Shown in pieces: positions 12,860-25,905 of a stretch of 64,000 bases of DNA; the stretch's first letter is position 1, and every line of letters starts with the position of its first letter. The notes under the pieces are model-generated. The model searched no databases. It was not told the origin of the DNA and was given only the letters and a program-made list of their open reading frames with translations. Location of the stretch: NCBI RefSeq assembly GCF_963921235.1, contig NC_086097.1, forward strand, positions 162,194,001 to 162,258,000, in the 5' to 3' direction. The DNA is from Mobula hypostoma. Lineage: Eukaryota. The position numbers and the translations under genes are program-made.

Positions 12860-14400
12860 AGACATAGTCATGAAATAACAGCGCTGGCAATTGCCCGTGC
12901 TGACTGCAGCATTATCTAAATGTACCTTTCCAAATTACTCTTAAATGTTGCACTTGCAGCTGCCTTGACCACTTCCTCTGCCAGCTCATTCCAGACTTTC
13001 ACTGTCTTCTGCTTAAAGAAGTTACCTCTCAAGTTTCTTTTAAACCTCTTCCCTCTTAACTTGTATCTGTCCCTTGTAGTTTTGAACTCCACTATCCTAG
13101 GGAAAAGACTATGACTGTCCACCTTATCCATATCCTTCATAATTTTATAAAATTCTATAAAGTCATCCCTCATTCTCCTGCACTCCAAGGAATTGGGTGA
13201 CCAAAACTGTACACAATTCTCCAAGTGTGCTCTCATCAACAACTTATGTATAACCTAATATAATGGCCTTACTCCTAAACTCAATGCTCTATCTGATGAA
13301 GGCTAGCATGCTAAATGCTTTCTTTCCCCGCCCTGTCTATTGTGCGATTGCACCTGTACTCCCAGATGCCTCAGTTCCACAACACTTGACATTGCCCTGC
13401 CATTCACTGAAAAAGTCTTACTCTGGTTTGACTGTCCAGATTGCATTGCCTCACGCTTATCTAAATTGAAATCTATTTGCTGTTCCTTAGCCTATTTCCC
13501 TAACTGATCAAGATTTCTTTTCAACTCATTATAAGTTGCTTCTCTTATCAACGACCCCTCAACTTAGTATCATCAGCAAACCTGGCATGCACGTTCACAC
13601 CAAATTATTTACATAATTAATGAATAACAGAGGTCTCAACGCTGACCCCTGGGGCACTCAACTAGGCTTCTCATCAGAGAGTTGACCTATTCCTATCATC
13701 GGGCCAGTTATGAGTCCAATTCATTATTTCTCCTTGAATCCCATGGATCTAATCTTCCAGATCAGTCTGCCATGCAGGATCCTGTTAAAGGCCTTACTAA
13801 AGTCCATATGAACAATATTTGCTGTCCTACCCTCACAGAACTCCAAAAGATTTGTCAGAGATAACCTCCCAAATGCAGACCATGATGACTATCTCTGATC
13901 AACCCTAAACTACCCAAGTGTTTTTGCACTATTTTAAATTTAACTATTTTATATATTTTTTCAATTGATTTTCTTTTTTTTAATATTGTGTATTACATTG
14001 TACTGCTGCCACTGTTAACAAATTTCACCACATATGCCGGTGGTATTAAATCTGATTCTGATGGTAGATCTTGTACGTCAGAGTTCCCTTCGGTAACTTT
14101 CCTCAAACTGAAGTCAGGCTCACTAGCCTGTAATTCCCTTGCCTGCAAGTGGAGCAATAGAACAACATTAGCCACCATCCATTGTATTTATCGAGGGATT
14201 CATTCGTACCCAGCTGACTAAATGTAATGTACATTTCTTTCATTTTCTTTACCAGAGCCGTGATATCTCTGGACAGCTAGGATTCCCTGATCTGGGTAAA
14301 TCTACCTTTCACCCAAACAAGAACGTTTTGCCCCCAAGACTCTTGATATGACCCAATTAAAAATCTATTAATAATATTCTATTAAAGTCACCCAGTCGAC
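12860..14400 (-). mobile_element. Degraded CR1 LINE with a Rex1-type tail inserted at about 13920-14060
   Basis: ORF 12916..13242 HLENCVQFWSP...RGNFFKQK.V.VWNEL. Confidence 0.8.
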
Positions 14401-14899
14401 CCTAGCTAAGTGCTGCCTAATGCCCTTAAAGTTAGACTTGCTTTAGTTTGGAGCTAGTTTAAAACTAACAGAATTGTACTGGATGTAAATTGCTCCCCAA
14501 CTGTCACTTCAGTTACTTGGCCTACTTCATTCCCTAAAGAGATGTCTCATTCCCTGAAGTTTTTTATACAATAACATACTTGTATATTATTGCCATCTCA
14601 AGAACCTTTGAGGCAATGTTGCTGGGCGTCCTTTATGAATAATGGTTGAATTTGATTTCTTATCATCTTCAACACCATAGAACAACATGTTAAGCCAGTT
14701 AAAATCTGTTTTTGTTAATATGGGGCCTGGAGCTGAATATAACAAGCAGGTTTCTTTCTCTCTTGTTCAACCAGCTGGGTTTATCTGAAAATCCAACAGC
14801 TTTCTGGGCATATTTACTAATTACAAATGCCAAGTGGATGATCCATCTTGGCTTCAACTGAGATTCTCACCATCAGTCCAGTCAATTTGATTCTTTTCA

Positions 14900-17190
14900 C
14901 ATGAAGTCAAGAAATGTTGAGAACACAATGTACAGTGAAGGCTACAGAGCCAGACAATATCACAGCTATGATACTGAATACCCGACTCCAAAACTAAAGG
15001 TGCTTTTAACCAAGCTGCAACCGTGCAATTACACCTCTGGCATCAACATGAAGATGTGGAAAGCTGTCATTTCAAACCTGTGCAAAAGCTGAATCCAGAG
15101 ATGAAGTGAAAACGATTGTGGTTAATGTCAAGGTAGAGTTTCTTCTAATTATGACATCAAGGAGTCTTTGTAAAATAGGTCATAGGTATCAAGAGAAAGT
15201 ATTCCATAACTGGAGCCAAATGTTACAGTGATTATTGGAGGTCAGTCACCCCAATCCCAAGTCAGTGCTGTAGAAATACTTCCAGACACTGCCCTCAACC
15301 AATCATCTTCAACTGCTTCATCAGTGATCCCACTTTCATCAGAAAATCTGAAATGGTAATGTTTGATGATGATTCCACGATGATCAATTCCATTTTGGGT
15401 AGCAGTAACAGGATCGGTCCTAGTCAGCATGGATTTACGAAGGGGAAATCGTGCTTGACTAATCTTCTGGAAGTTTTTGAGGATGTAACTATGAAAATGG
15501 ACAAGGGAGAGCCAGTGGATGTAGTGTACCTGGACCTACAGAAAGCCTTTGATAAAGTCCCACATAAGAGATTAGTGGGCAAAGTTAGGGCACATGGTAT
15601 TGGGGGCAGAGTACTGACATGGATTGAAAATTGGCTGGCTGACAGAAAACAAAGAGTAGCGATTAACGGCTCCCTTTCAGAATGGCAGGTGGTGACCAGT
15701 GGGGTACCGCAGGGTTCAGTGCTGGGACCGCAGCTGTTTACAATATATATTAATGATTTAGATGAAGGAAATAAAAGTAACATTTAACAAATTTGCCGAT
15801 GACACAAAGCTGTCAGTGGCAGTGTGAAATGTGAGGAGGATTTTATGAGAATGCAGGGTGACTTGGACAGGCTGGGTGAGTGGGCAGATGCATGGCAGAT
15901 GCAGTTTAATGTGGATAAATGTGAGGTTATCCACTTTAGTGGTAAGAACAGGAAGGCCGATTATTATCTAAATGGAGTCAAGTTAGGAAAAGGGGAAGTA
16001 CAACGAGATCTAGGTGTTCTTGTACGTCAGTCACTGAAAGCAAGCATGCAAGTACAGCAGGCAGTGAAGAAAGCTAATGGCATGCTGGCCTTCATAACAA
16101 GGGGAATTGAGTATAAGCGCAAAGAGGTCCTTCTGCAGTTGTACAGGGCCCTGGTGAGACCATACCTGGAGTACTGTGTGCTGTTTTGGTCTCCAAATTT
16201 GAGGAAGGACGATCTTACTAATGAGGGAGTGCAGCGTAGGTTCACAAGGTTAATTCCTGGGATGGCAGGACTGTCATATGTCGAAAGATTGGAGCGACTG
16301 TGTTTGTATACCCTGGAATTTAGAAGGCTGAGAGGGGATCTTATTGAAACATATAAGATTATTAAAGGATTGGACATGCTGGAGGCAGGAAACATGTTCC
16401 CGCTGATGGGTGAGTCCAGAACCAGAGGCCACAGTTTAAGAATTAGGGGTAGGCCATTTAGAACGGAGTTGAGGAAAAACTTTTTCACCCAGAGAGTGGT
16501 GGATATATGGAATGCTCTGCCCCAGAAGGCTGTGGAGGACAAGTCTCTGGATGTTTTCAAGAAAGAGATGGATAGAGCTCTTAAAGATAGCGGAATCAAA
16601 GGTTATGGGGATAAGGCAGGAACTGGATGCTGATTGTGGATGATCAGCCATGATCACAGTGAATGGCGGTGCTGGCTCGAAGGGCCGAATGGCCTACTCC
16701 TGCACCTATTGTCTATTGTCATTTGCAATTCCTCAATGGATGAAGTAGTTCATTCCTGCACCATTCAACCAGCAACAGTGCCAGAGAAGTGGCATACTCT
16801 CTCCAACAAAGGAGAAGCTAACCACCGATTCTAATCATTAAGTGACATTGCCATTGCTGAGTTCCCAACCATCTTCTGCTAGGGAACACCATTCATGTAA
16901 AATACAAGTAAACTTTGGCCACGAGAGCAGATCAGAAGCTGGGTGTCCTGCCACAAGTGACTCAACTCCTGCCACCCTGACCCCTTTCCACAAAGCAGAT
17001 TCAGAAGTGTGATTCATTATCGCTTGTCTCAATCCTGGAACTCCCTACTGATAATGGTTATGGGAGTACCTTCACTGGAAGGACTACAGTGGTTCATATA
17101 CATAGCTCACCACAGCCTTCCTTCTGATGGGCAATTAGTGAAGTACCATTCTGGTGAAGCACAGCAATGCCTTACTAGCAGCAAATAAAA
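14900..17190 (+). mobile_element. Ancient L2/CR1-group LINE remnant hosting the young CR1 at 15396-16719
   Basis: Eroded RT motifs ([15 protein letters not shown]) whose sequence resumes after the CR1 insert. Confidence 0.5.
15396..16719 (+). mobile_element. Young 5'-truncated CR1 LINE (RT domain to 3' tail), frame broken near 15785-15815
   Basis: ORFs 15353..15787 and 15824..16633 ([28 protein letters not shown]); (CTATTGT)n tail; CATTT TSD at 15391-15395 and 16720-16724. Confidence 0.95.
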
Positions 17191-18309
17191 CTACTAATTA
17201 GTCTATTAATCACACTTTATCTGGAAAATGATCACTGCATTCAATAGTCTGTAACTTTCCTTTCAGAGCTGAGCCTTTGAATCACCTGTACGATCTGGCA
17301 TTTTTTACAGTGTGAACTGAACACTCATAAGTGCAAGATGGTTGTGGCATGGCATGTATGGGCCAAATCACGCTGATGGAGCCTGGGCCTGAGAGCAAGG
17401 GATGAGCCAGTGTTTGGCCATTACTGGAGTAGACTTAGGGCCAATTTGAGACACGGGCCCAAAAGTGAAGAACAATCCGATATTTGACCAGGCCAGGCTA
17501 GATTGCAAAGGTTTGGTCCGAGAGTGAGGAACAAGCCGAAGTTTGGCCAATTTAAGTGCTGGGTCAGATTGAAAAGGTCAGGGTGTCAGCAAGGGATAGG
17601 TCAGTGTTCAGCTCGCTATTGGGCAAGGTTTACTTGCCTCTACTCTGAACTGAGTCTATGACCTGCAACTTACAGGCTCCTGGACTGGCTGCAGTGATGA
17701 TCAGCTTCCAGGCTCTGAACTCACTTTTGTGAACTTCAGTTCTGAATTTTATTTGCTTACTTTTTATTGTTTGTACAATTTGTTCTTCTTTTCATATAAG
17801 GTGTTTGACAGTCTTTTTTAACAGGTTCTGTTGGGTTTCTTTGTTTTATTGGTGCCTAGAAGGAGATGAATCTCAAGGTTATTTATAGTATATATACTTT
17901 GAACTTTGAACTTTTGATAGATGCTGGCTTTGCCTATTTTACTGAGCAACCAAGGAATAAGCATTTTTTTAAATTATAACTTTGCAAGTTCTTTAAAAAC
18001 TTTGGCAGCCAATTTGAATGGGGAGCAGAGCTTAAGCAACTTTAAAGAGCATTTCATTAGAGCTGATGATAATCAGCAATGACTGTATATATCTGGCTTT
18101 CTTGAGGAAGTAAATTCAAGAGAACTGCTCCAGTTGAGAGCCAGTTTAGTGGATAAGAAACTGGCGAGCATGAATGTTGAGCTGCTTTGTAGAAATTTCA
18201 GGCCATATCCATTTACGTTTGTATAATTCAAGTCTACAACTAAAGTATTCAGTAAAAAAAAATCAAGTTTTGGTTGGAATTCATTGAATTTAAGAGTTAG
18301 GGTGTCATT

Positions 18310-18950
18310 GTTAGTATTGTGTGCACTTCTGGTTGCCGTACAACAGGGAAGATGTGATTAAGGTGTTTTCTTTAAAAAGACTGGATAGACCAAGACTGTT
18401 TTTCCCTGGTGAAGGAGGCTGAGGTTTATAAAATCATAAGCAGCGTAGATGAGATGGATGGTCTAAGTCTTTCAATCCAGAGTTGTTATTCCTTTCTGCG
18501 CTTTGTGGCACATTGGGTGACAACCTTACCATTTCTTTAGCAATTTTGTCTGTTTTTTATGACGCTTAACCTAGCATGGATGAAAAACATGCAAAGAATT
18601 GGCCGGATTCAAACCTGGGACCACTCGCTTTGAAGTCCAGTGCAGATGCCAGTACACCACTGGCCATTTACTCCAGAGTAGGGAAGTTTAAAACCAGCAG
18701 GCATAGGTTTGAGGTAAGAGAGGAATTTTTTAAAAGGAACATGAGGGGCAAGTTTTTTTTTAAACACAGAGTGGTGGGTATATGGAATGCGACCAGTGGA
18801 GATGATAGAGGCAGGAACGTAGATAAGAAATTTTTTTTTAACATATGGGTGAAATGCAGGCAGATGGCACTAGTTTAGGTAGACACTTTGACTGGCATGG
18901 GCGAGTTAGGTCAAAGGGCCTATTTCCATGGTGTATTACTCTGAATCTAT
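18310..18950 (+). mobile_element. Degraded CR1 3' fragment containing a SINE insertion
   Basis: RHRFEVR..FKRNMRGKFF..RVVGIWN motif. Confidence 0.7.
18484..18671 (-). mobile_element. Short tRNA-derived SINE
   Basis: Minus strand GGCCAGTGGTGTACTGG...GGTTTGAATCCGGCC (A/B boxes); TCCAGAGT TSD at 18476-18483 and 18672-18679. Confidence 0.7.
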
Positions 18951-20254
18951 GACTAAAAACAGAAAATGCTAGAAACACTGAGCAGTTCTGGTGACAACAG
19001 AAGAACGAGAAACAGTTAACACTTCTGATAGAAAAGGCTCTTGTCTCTTTTCTCAGAAGTTTTCTGACCTCCATTTTCTGTTTGAAATTTCGGAATAAAT
19101 ACAAGTATTAGTAAATCAAATATAAACATATTTCAGCTGAATGGAAGCACACCATAATATCTGAACGTATGGAAAAAAGAAGATTATTTTCCCCTTTAGT
19201 TTCAGCCAGACTGATAGACAGGTCATTGCTCAGAATAAAGAGTGACTGCATTTGTGAAGAACTGATTATGTTTCTTTCAAATGATGGAGTGCAAATTACT
19301 GTCAAAGTTGCCTCGTATTCAAAGATCTTTTAAATGTTTTTTCTGTATATGTTATGGCAGCCAAGCTAAAATTTACACACAGACCTTTGTGGCTTCTGGC
19401 ATTCTGCCTGGAAAATAAGCTATGAAAAACATCTTCAAAAATTGTAACCTTCTACTGCATCTGTAAATGCATAAAAGTCTCCCTTACCTTTTTTGAGGTT
19501 TATACCTCACCTCTTGCTCCTTACCTATATCCCTGCTTGCTATCTCTAGATACAGTGAAATTAAAGGCAATGATTTCCGCTGTATGTTTCTAAAAACACT
19601 GCCGCAATGATTAAGAAAATTCTAATTTACTTAGGACTGTAAATTAACCATTGAAATATGAGATTTGGGGAAAAAATGATGTACCAAATGAATGCCAAAC
19701 TTCTCCTTATTTGGAAATGGCATGTCCAGAAATTCATCTGTGCTGATATGTTATCTTGGCAAAATGAGATGTTGTCTTATGTCTGGAATGTGTGGTCAAA
19801 ACTGCTGGAAGAGTATTCTATATTGGAGAGATGTTTGTTGATACTGGGAAAAGAAAACATCACAACATTAATGATACTTAAAATTATTCCATTAAGTTGG
19901 AGGTAGATATTTCTTTTCTGTTTTGTGTGTTCAGATCCTTGTAAATTTGCTGTTGTATACTGCGTTTGGACACGAGATAAAAATTAAAATTGTTTTTTGA
20001 AGTTAAACATAAAAGTTACTCAATACAGTAAAACTCTGATGATCTGGTACTGTCACGGTATCAAGGGTGTAGGACCGGCAGATTTTTTCAGACTATTGGA
20101 TATTGTTTCTATCAATAGCCCAATGCATTCTTCTTAAATGCTACAAGTGATATTCTGACTTTTCCAGAGAACTTAGTCAGTTTCAAAGGAGTGCAGGAAT
20201 CGGCACCCAAGTGAGCCCGGAAGCCAAACTGAAGCATTCAAGCAACTTGCATTA

Positions 20255-21603
20255 TAGTCGGCTCTTCTTATCCGCGAGTTCCGCATACGCAAATTCAACC
20301 AACCGTGAATCAAGAAAACCCGGAAGTGCTCTTCCAGCACTTGTTGTTCGAGCATGTACTGACTTTTTTTTCTTGTCATTATTCCCTAAACAATGCAGTA
20401 TAAGAACTATTTTACATAGAATTTACATTGTATTAGGTATTATAAGTAATCTAGAGATGGTTTAGAGAATGCATTATGATCAGAGATTAAGAGAGCTAGG
20501 GCTTTACTCTCTGGAGAGAAGGAGGATGAGAGGAGACATGATAGAGGTGTACAAGATAATAAGAGGAATAGATAGAGTGGATAGCCAGCGCCTCTTCCCC
20601 AGGGCACCACTGCTCAATACAAGAGGACATGGCTTTAAGGTAAGGGGTGGGAAGTTCAAGGGGATATTAGAGGAAGGTTTTTCACTCAGAGAGTGGTTGG
20701 TGCGTGGAATGCACTGCCTGAGTCAGTGGTGGAGGCAGACACACTAGTGAAGTTTAAGAGACTACTAGACAGGTATATGGAGGAACTTAAGGTGGGGGAT
20801 TATATGGGACGCAGGGTTTGAGTGTCAGCACAACATTGTGGGCCGAAGGGCCCATACTGTGCTGTACTATTCTATGTTCTATGATTTAAAGTATACAGGA
20901 GGATGTACGTAGGTTATTGTGGATCGGGGTTGAAAAAAAAACTGGAAGTTCTCGTACTAAGTAAGTCAGAACAGGTACATCCGGTATTATTTAGCGTCAG
21001 TTAGTCAAACATTTGTCTTAGTATATAGCATATAAATTACCTTTCTATGCATATAAAATACTTAATAAACGTATGCTTCAGCGCCGGGCTCGGGAACAGA
21101 AATTCCTGAGTTTGATCCAGTGACAGACCGCTCCCAAGCGCGCTCTCCATCCATGCCGGGTTGATGTGAAGGATCAAAAACCCAAAGCCCCAAAACCCAA
21201 TAATTAAACCACTGTGTTGCTTAGTAATAATTGTAGCTTTCATCGGGGCAGGGCCTTTCTCACTTTATCCTTTAAAATTGTTCCGATCGTTGACCAACTG
21301 TAGCCTAATGCTTTTCCAATGACCGATGGCATTTCACCTCTTTCCGATCGCTTTATTATTTCCACTTTATTTTCAATCGTGATCGTGATTATTTTCGTGA
21401 ACAGAAACACTACGGATTCAGAGCTCCGCCGCCGGGTCCTAATGTCCACCGCACTGAGACGGGTTAAGTAAGGTCCGGGATTCCGCTGGGTCCTAAGGTC
21501 CACTGCATTTAGATAGGTTGAATAAGGGACTTGAGCATTCGCATCTTTTGGTATCCGCAGGGGGTCCCGGAACCAATCCCTTGCGGATAAGGAGGGCCGA
21601 CTG
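20255..21603 (-). mobile_element. Non-autonomous Tigger/pogo transposon (MER2-like) with transposase N-terminal HTH remnant
   Basis: TIR CAGTCGGCCCTCCTTATCCGC, TA TSDs; ORF 21240..21503 KVEIIKRSERGE..IGKALGYSWSTIGTILKDK. Confidence 0.88.
20465..20880 (+). mobile_element. CR1 3' end inserted into the Tigger element
   Basis: ORF 20469..20747; TTCTATG-type tail; ATGGTTTA/ATGATTTA TSD at 20457-20464 and 20881-20888. Confidence 0.9.
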
Positions 21604-23374
21604 TATACTGTTCACTGGAATAGTATTATCCCAACAGTTTAATTATTTTTGGTTTGCTTGACCAAAAAAAAACAGCAACAAAACAAACCTGAGAAATTCT
21701 GAAAACAAGTCTTTGGAGTTCTATTGTATTCATTCAGCTGTGACAGCCCTGGTAGGTTCCACCCACTGGTTCATATAAATGTGTAAATAAACATGTTATT
21801 AGGGGCAGAATGGTTCTGGCTGGACCTATAATTGGATGTTTGCAGTACTCCTTGTTAATGTGCTCTGTCAATTCAGCTGAATGAAGATTAATAGCATCTT
21901 TTGCACACATGTGACTCCAAGGTTTATCTCTTTAAGTGATCTTGGATCTGAACTTACCGGACTCATACAAATAAACTGTCTTTACCCCAGGAGATATTAA
22001 ACTCCTCAGATCTGTTTCATTGAATTTTTTTGGGGTCAAACTGTTGGGATACTGCCATTCCAGTGAAGCGTTTAATGGAAGTTGCCAGAATATTTCAGTC
22101 AGAAAATACATCCTTATATTAAAAGCCCAGTGTAATGGTAATGACTGAATTTTAAGTGAATATTAACCCTGCTTTGTTGATGGACCGTATATAGATTAGA
22201 TTTATTTACTGATTATGCCCACAAGAAAATGAATCTCAGGGCTGTGTATGGTAAAATATATGTACTTTGATAATAAAGTTTAGTTTGAACTTTAACTGGC
22301 TGCATATTCCCCAACTCAGAATATTGGAAATAAAGAAGCAACCAAGTTCAAATTGTTTGGAGATTAAAAGTTTATAGATGTGCTATTGAACATGTAGCTA
22401 TTTTATTGTCTGTAATTCATTTAACACACTGATGCACAAAATATAGAACAGCAATGGCACTACAGACCACATAGGTTCTGTGTGATGAGTGTATTTTGGT
22501 TACTTCTCGGATTTGCAACGATTTGTAGAATTTTGCTTCATATTGCAAAAATGGGACAAGTCTTCATCTTTATGCATTAAATGAGCTTTTGTTAGCAATA
22601 TGCAGGTTCAATGCATTGCCTGTTTTACTCCATCCACCAGCACTAAAGAAGTCAGAAATCTACATATAAATACAGACATGTGTAAAGATTACCCCAGAAG
22701 GAAGAACTTGTTTTTATTTAGTATTTCATAAATGAGGCAAACATCGTACATCTGTTTACATTGAGATGCCAGAAGATGCAAATAATGTGATTTGTTAAAA
22801 AGATTTTTTTGTTCTTTTGATTAACCAAGAATGTTGAAGATTTGATATTCAGAGTTCCCTAATAGTATCGGACATTCTCTAAATTCAATTAAATGTATGT
22901 CGGACATTTCCCATGGTTCTCCATGGCAATAATATCTTGACACTGTTTAATGAATGAAAAGGGATTATTATTCATTTAAAATAAAGTCAGTTTTCTTACC
23001 TTACAAAACTACTTTTCAACAGTATAAAACTTTTACTCCTACAAATCCATCTGCATATGGCTAAGCATTTCTGTTTTTGGGTCTGCCCTTGAGAGGGTAT
23101 TACATAGACTCGAAAATTATAATGTAATATCATTTTCCTACAGAACTAATTATCACAAATACAAATAATATGGGAAAAATATCCTTACTTTACACAGATT
23201 AGCCCAATGTCAGAAGGAAAATATATAATTATTTTTCATTTCTCACAAAACTAGTTGTGTTCCTCCTGTTTTTGCTTCCCTTCACCACAGCTCAATCCCT
23301 TTCATTTCACCTCTTTCACCACTCCAGAACATATTGTTGCAGAACGGCTCAGCATTGGCTGGAATTGTTTAGGC

Positions 23375-23968
23375 ATATAAAGACCAAAAGACACAGGAGC
23401 AGAATTAGGGCATTCAGCTCAGTAAGTCTGCTTTGCCATTCCATCAATGCTGATTTATTATCCCCCTTCAACCAATTCTCCTGCCGTCTCCCCATAGCCT
23501 TTGATATCCTGACTAATCAACGGCCTATCAACCTCTGTCTTAAATATATTCAATGACCTGGCCTCAACAACCATCCATGGCAATGAATTCCACAGATACA
23601 CTACCCTATAGCTAAAGAAATTCCTCCTCATTTCTGTTCTAATTACTCATCCCTCTATTCTGAGGCTGTACCCTCTTGCCCTGTACTCACCCACTATAGG
23701 AAACATCCCTCCAAGTCCACTCTGTCTAGGCCTTCCAATATTCGAGAGGTTTCAATGAGATATCCCCCCCTTATTCCTTTAAATTCCAGAGAGTACAGGC
23801 CCAGGGCTGTCAAACACTCCTCATATGTTAACTCTTTCATTCTTGTAATCATTCTCATGAACCTCTTCTGGACCCTCATCCATGCCAGCAGATTCTTCCA
23901 TAGATCAGGGACCCAAAACTGCACACTATTTACCAAGTGTGGTCTGACCAATGCCTTATAAAGCTTCA
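23375..23968 (-). mobile_element. CR1 3' fragment
   Basis: ORF 23694..23951 VRPHL...VQFW.P. Confidence 0.85.
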
Positions 23969-25047
23969 GATGAGAACCTCAAATCGTATCCAAGACTTGC
24001 CTCTTTCATTCAAATGAAGCACAAATATTTAATTTAGTTCCATCTCAGTGTAACCTTTAGGGATTCTCTCCCTGATCGGAACATTGAATTTCTTTCTATT
24101 GAAGAAATGGGTTGAAGCTATGGTATTGTTTTAGACTTAAGAATGCAAGTGGCTAATTGCCACACAAAATAAACTATTAATGTAAACCATTTCCAAATTA
24201 CAAAGCATGCAAATATAAAATCATACACTTTCAACAAAGGAATTGGATACGGAGCCCTGGTGCTTCCTCCACCTTTCTATAAAATTCTGGCTGATCTGAT
24301 TGTCATCTCAAATCTGCTGTGGAGCCTTCTTACTGTGCTTGAGTCATTCTTGAGTATAGAGTTTATATAGGCTTTGTTCATGTCAGCATTTTTTGTTTAA
24401 GGAGGGAAAAACCTTTGATCCAAATAAAGACATTTGTCACAAACCAAATATTTGAAGTATGAGTTTAAGTAATACAAATAATAAATTGCAAACACTCAAA
24501 TTCCCATTGGGATGAGGCATGGAACAAATTGATTGCAGACTGTTTCAGACAACAAAAAATGATGCAAATTTATTTTGCCAATGCCCATTTCTTTCACTGT
24601 GTTTTTTATTTCAACATTTCCACAGTAATGAAGGAAAGCACCATCGTCATTTAAGTAAACAAGAGCATGAAAAATATTGAATGCATTTTATGAGTTTACT
24701 TTTAAAAGGTCTTCATGTAGTGTTTTCTAAGTTGTCATTGAATGCTGTTGCTGCATGCTAGAGCCAAGTACATGTAAGCCTTCCTCTGACAGGAAACTGG
24801 AATTAATGCATATTATTCTGATCCTGTGTATCTAATTTCTGCTGCAGAGAGTAAAAAGAGCTCTTCTGTTGCTCCTTGACAAATATTATCATAATGGAAG
24901 TTTTCAGGGCCTGTGTTGGAAAATTGGTAAAGTAACTTTTGAATTGTTTGCATTTATATTTTATTTGGTGAATTTTACTGCAACTTGCATGAGAAAGAGG
25001 CTTATCTGGATATCTTAATCACTGTATTTTTGTTCATTCTCTTACAG

Positions 25048-25110
25048 AAACCTGATCCAAGATCGATGAGAAATAACGTTGATCGGGATGATGGGGGTCT
25101 AATTGATCCA
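25048..25110 (+). CDS. PTK2: FAK coding exon (KPDPRSMRNNVDRDDGGLIDP)
   Basis: cttacag acceptor, CCA|gtaagt donor, 63 nt; aligns with human KPDVRLSRGSIDREDGSLQGP. Confidence 0.92.
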
Positions 25111-25865
25111 GTAAGTTTTTGTGACATTCTAACAATGGTGCAAGTAGACTGTCCTGTGAAAACTGTGACCTGTTTGCGTTTTTAATAGCAGAAGCTTCTT
25201 ACTTAAATCTAAATTAAGAAAATGACATAAGGTTTGCTTGTATTGGCAAATATACTGAGTGATTTTAATTGGTTTCTATTGAATTTTGAATCAAAATCAA
25301 ATATGTCTTGTGAAATAATAAGAAATCCCCTGTAAATTGAATTTGCCATTTACTCTATATTTACACTAGCATTTAATGCAGCAATCCAAAATGTTGATAC
25401 TTTCAGAAAATCTAACTTTCAAGAAGCCTGAAAACACAAGATGGTAATCTCTATAGTGCTATAGCACATCAGGTTAATATGCCAGGAAATTGATGGGAAG
25501 TGGACCAAAGTTTCCTGAAATGGTGCCTGGAATATTCTTGGGTGGCTTCAAATGGTTCCAATTGCATCACTTTCTGGCATCCATTATTTATCTGGTTAGA
25601 GTGGGAAAGGTGAAAAGTAAACTGTTGACTTCTTTATGTTAATATATATTTGAGTGACCTAAAGGTGCAAATTAAAACAGTGAAAAGTATGAATTATTAT
25701 GATGTTTATGCAATGATGAGAGTTACTTTCAATCCTGTTTTTCATGAGCTTTAATTGAAAGCCAACATATCAAGAGTTAAATTGCATTTTAAGTTTGTGG
25801 TTAATCATGTATACAGACTGGTTATGGCAAAGCCTATATTTTCATACTTTTCCCTTTTTCTTTAG

Positions 25866-25905
25866 ACTGGTAACCAACACATCTATCAGCCTGTAGGTAA
25901 ACAAG
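25866..25905 (+). CDS. PTK2: FAK coding exon containing the Tyr861 equivalent (TGNQHIYQPVGKQ)
   Basis: Long pyrimidine tract + tttag, AAG|gtaaga donor, 40 nt ending in phase 1; GNQHIYQPVGK motif. Confidence 0.96.

Noticed and set aside
14256..14295. Exon-like segment with strong pyrimidine tract and GG|gtaaat
   Set aside because: 40 nt would frameshift a phase-0 intron and it lies within an antisense CR1 remnant
18598..18668. tRNA gene on the minus strand (also 4833-4895 on plus)
   Set aside because: tRNA-like heads of SINEs with TSDs and degenerate cloverleaf
24848..24931. Possible 84-nt in-frame cassette exon (RVKRALLLLLDKYYHNGSFQGLCWKIGK) between ctgcag and gtaact
   Set aside because: Weak donor, a competing out-of-frame donor after 24926, no similarity to FAK; 28 open codons can arise by chance
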